In this document: positions 61,498 through 64,000 of the stretch, one piece after another
How the letters are laid out: each line of letters opens with the position of its first letter
Position numbering within the stretch: the first letter of the stretch is position 1
Origin: an uncultured delta proteobacterium
Lineage (GTDB): Bacteria; Desulfobacterota; Binatia; UBA9968
Assembly (NCBI GenBank): GCA_963728565.1
Contig: CAVSLC010000010.1
Coordinates: 256,001-320,000, forward strand
Length of the DNA stretch: 64,000 bases
Direction of reading: 5' to 3'
The notes under the pieces: generated by a model
Told to the model about the DNA's origin: nothing
Seen by the model: the letters and a program-made list of their open reading frames with translations, nothing else
The model's database searches: none
Program-made: the position numbers and the translations under genes

Positions 61498-62520
61498 ATG
61501 GTCAACACAAAAGAACTGGAAACCGTTGCTCGAGGCATGGTGGCAAAAGGCAAGGGGATATTGGCGGCCGATGAAAGTATGGGAACCATCAAGCGCCGCT
61601 TTGACAGCATCAAAATTGAATCCAACGAAGATAACCGCCGCGCCTATCGCGAGATGTTGTTTACCACCAAAGGCATCGAGGAAGCGATTAGCGGCGTGAT
61701 TCTCTTTGATGAAACGCTGCGCACGAAGGCCAGCGATGGGACGCCGTTCGCGCAATTGCTGTCCAAGAAAGGCATCATGCCCGGCATCAAAGTCGATAAA
61801 GGCCCGGTGGACATTCCTAATTTTCCCGGCGAAGTTGTCACCGAAGGATTGGACGGACTACGCGCGCGGCTGAAGGAGTACAAGGAACTCGGCGCCAAAT
61901 TCGCCAAATGGCGAGCGGTGATCTCGATCGGCGATGGAATACCGACCTATACTTGCCTAGAGCTCAACGCCGAGGCGCTAGCTCGGTACGCGGCGCTGTG
62001 CCAGGAAGCCGGCATTGTTCCGATTGTCGAACCGGAAGTGTTGCTCGACGGCTCCCACACCATCGAACGGGCTCAGGAGGCGACGGAGCATACGTTGAAG
62101 GTCACTTTCACGCAGCTTTTTCTGCAGCGGGTTTATCTCGAAGGAATGATTCTCAAGCCTAGCATGGTGGTTCCAGGAAAGGACTCTCCTAAGAAAGCCA
62201 GTGTTGAAGAAGTTGCCGAGCGCACGATTCGTTGCCTGAAGCGCACCGTCCCGGCAGCGGTTCCGGGCATCGCTTTTTTGTCAGGCGGACAGAGCGCGGA
62301 GAGCGCTACCGAACATCTCAATGCCATGAACGGCATGGGACCGCTCCCTTGGGAGGTTACGTTCTCTTATGCGCGGGCCCTCCAGGACCCGGCTTTGAAA
62401 GCGTGGAAAGGCGATCCGGGCAATATCGGCGCAGCACAGAAAATTTTCTACCATCGGGCAAAATGCAACAGCGCGGCTCGCAGTGGCAGCTACAATAAAC
62501 AGATGGAGGCGGCTGCGTAG
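61498..62520 (+). CDS. fructose-bisphosphate aldolase class I
   Basis: GKGILAADES, GIKVDKG, FAKWRAV, PIVEPEV, ILKPSMV, FLSGGQ, FSYARALQ. Confidence 0.97.
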   Translation: MVNTKELETVARGMVAKGKGILAADESMGTIKRRFDSIKIESNEDNRRAYREMLFTTKGIEEAISGVILFDETLRTKASDGTPFAQLLSKKGIMPGIKVDKGPVDIPNFPGEVVTEGLDGLRARLKEYKELGAKFAKWRAVISIGDGIPTYTCLELNAEALARYAALCQEAGIVPIVEPEVLLDGSHTIERAQEATEHTLKVTFTQLFLQRVYLEGMILKPSMVVPGKDSPKKASVEEVAERTIRCLKRTVPAAVPGIAFLSGGQSAESATEHLNAMNGMGPLPWEVTFSYARALQDPALKAWKGDPGNIGAAQKIFYHRAKCNSAARSGSYNKQMEAAA

Positions 62521-62550
62521 AGTTCGCTTGCGATTACCAGAGCAGGAGCG

Positions 62551-62586
62551 AGAGGCGGTCATTGGAATGACCGCCTCTTTTATTTT
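62551..62586 (+). terminator. intrinsic terminator after aldolase
   Basis: AGAGGCGGTCATT-GG-AATGACCGCCTCT hairpin followed by TTTATTTT. Confidence 0.85.
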
Positions 62587-62666
62587 AGTCGTGATGGTTG
62601 AATGCAGTTCCTAAGAAACCCCATCGCTCTACTAACCGCCAGCTGCAGTGCCGGATGCAATCTTCA

Positions 62667-63674
62667 CTAGCGTAGAAAAATTTCTTGGTACTCTTTTTTC
62701 TTCTGGGCAAACGCCTTTGAGTCGAGATCGTGCATTTCAACGAACTGAATTTTTTCCGCATCGGCAATCGGCGGATAAATTCCCTTGCGATTGACGAATT
62801 CGCCTTGCTTGGCGAGGATCGTCATGCTTTCCGCACCGAGGAAGCTGTCGATAAAAGCCTTGCCTGCGTTCGGGTGCGGTGCCTTGTTGCCAAGCGTTAG
62901 ATAGTGGCCGTCGCCCATCATCTTGCCGAGCCTCACGTAATCGATCGGCGCGCCTCTCTCGCCGAAGGTATGAACGTATTTAACGTAGGTGATGCCGACC
63001 GGCGTCTCGCCGCTAGCCACGCGCTCCGCTGCCGGCAACAGAGACTCGACCATGATCGGTTTGGTTGCGGCCAAGTCGCGGATGAATTTCTCGGCCTTCT
63101 CCTTGCCCAGCAGTTTTTCCAGGCTCGCGACCCACTGAGTCGTGGTCGTGTGCTGGGTCGGATCGGCCATTACCAGCTTGCCCCGATATTGAGGCTTGAG
63201 TAGATCTTCGAGTGACTTTGGTGCGTCGCCAGGTTTGATAATGCTCTTGTTGTAAAGAATTCCGATCATGACGTTGCGGTAGCGAGGGCCCAGTTTGGGG
63301 TCGATGGATTCCTTGGTAAATTCTTTGGCCGAAGGCGATTCGTAATTCGCGAAGATTCCTTCTCTCGACATGATCTGCATCGGATTGTCGTTGGTCAGAA
63401 TCACATCGAAGCCCGGTTTGCCGGCGCGATACTCGGTCAAAGCCCGATCCATTACTTTGGTCGATGACGCTCTCCAGTACTCCAGGTCGATGCCGGTCTT
63501 TTGCCTGAAGACCTTGAAAACAGCCTCGGCGCTGTCGGTTTCCAAGGATCCGTAAACCGTCACCTTGCCTTCTTTTTTTCCTGCTTCGACGAGTTTCGGA
63601 TCCTGCGCATAAACCGGCGCCGCGATCAAGGCAGCGCCCAGCAGGGCTAATAACAGACGTAGTTTTTTATGCAT
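62667..63674 (-). CDS. ABC extracellular solute-binding protein (Fe3+/thiamine/polyamine-type)
   Basis: Signal peptide; KKEGKV.VY, YN...APKS.EDLL.P..RGK, APHPNA.K.F; SD GGAGG. Confidence 0.88.
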   Translation of the reverse strand: MHKKLRLLLALLGAALIAAPVYAQDPKLVEAGKKEGKVTVYGSLETDSAEAVFKVFRQKTGIDLEYWRASSTKVMDRALTEYRAGKPGFDVILTNDNPMQIMSREGIFANYESPSAKEFTKESIDPKLGPRYRNVMIGILYNKSIIKPGDAPKSLEDLLKPQYRGKLVMADPTQHTTTTQWVASLEKLLGKEKAEKFIRDLAATKPIMVESLLPAAERVASGETPVGITYVKYVHTFGERGAPIDYVRLGKMMGDGHYLTLGNKAPHPNAGKAFIDSFLGAESMTILAKQGEFVNRKGIYPPIADAEKIQFVEMHDLDSKAFAQKKKEYQEIFLR

Positions 63675-63873
63675 CGATTCCTCCGGGGTGTTGGTTAAGA
63701 GTTGCTGCGGTCAAGAGCGGTTACAATGAATAATCACCTAGCATGCGGTGGTATTTTCATTCTGGGATCATTGAGGTTAGCAGGGTAGCTGAGTCGAGCT
63801 CTGACACTCAGCAGTCCAAATTGGGCCTTGCGTTCGGTCAACTTGTGCAAGACGCAAGAGGAGTCGAGCGCCG

Positions 63874-64000
63874 TCAAGATATAGCGTCGGCTGCGGGCCG
63901 CTCGGCGGCCTCGAAGCCGACGCTGGCGCCGTTGGATTCCAACGCAAGCAACAAGGCGTCATCGACAGTTTTAAGAAATTCAAAGCGCATCCCGTCGCGC
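63874..64000 (-). CDS. lon: C-terminal fragment of Lon protease (gene continues beyond window)
   Basis: RDGMRFEFLKTVDDALLLALE matches the typical Lon C-terminal pattern. Confidence 0.65.
   Translation of the reverse strand, partial: RDGMRFEFLKTVDDALLLALESNGASVGFEAAERPAADAIS

Overview
A 64-kb bacterial chromosomal segment, mostly housekeeping genes. The gene content (orphan substrate-binding proteins, stand-alone UbiD, split HldA/HldC, LpxI) suggests a deltaproteobacterium-like lineage such as Ca. Binatota; that assignment is inference only. In order it carries: mlaC, hisS-aspS, cofH and def; an Rrf2-headed SUF operon with no sufB, two DUF59 genes and a truncated haemoglobin; metF and lysS; a long envelope cluster (lolCDE, bamA, skp, lpxD-fabZ-lpxA-lpxI-gnnA-like-lpxB-msbA-waaA-lpxK, LPS core genes) running into yicC-gmk-rel; rpmB, hldC and ubiD; an accessory region (DUF4398 lipoproteins, rhomboid, USP, small membrane proteins, stand-alone AAA ATPase, response regulator, SBPs, class I aldolase); and the 3' end of lon. 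About ten single-base frameshifts, several in essential genes, indicate an unpolished long-read assembly rather than real pseudogenes. I found no rRNA, tRNA, CRISPR array or transposase. The best leads are two sigma54-type promoters driving uncalled small ORFs, the sufB-less SUF/globin unit, a probably tail-anchored stand-alone AAA ATPase beside another tail-anchored protein, an orphan cofH, a gnnA-like gene in the lipid A operon, and a signal-peptide-less SBP-fold protein. None is proven novel without database searches.
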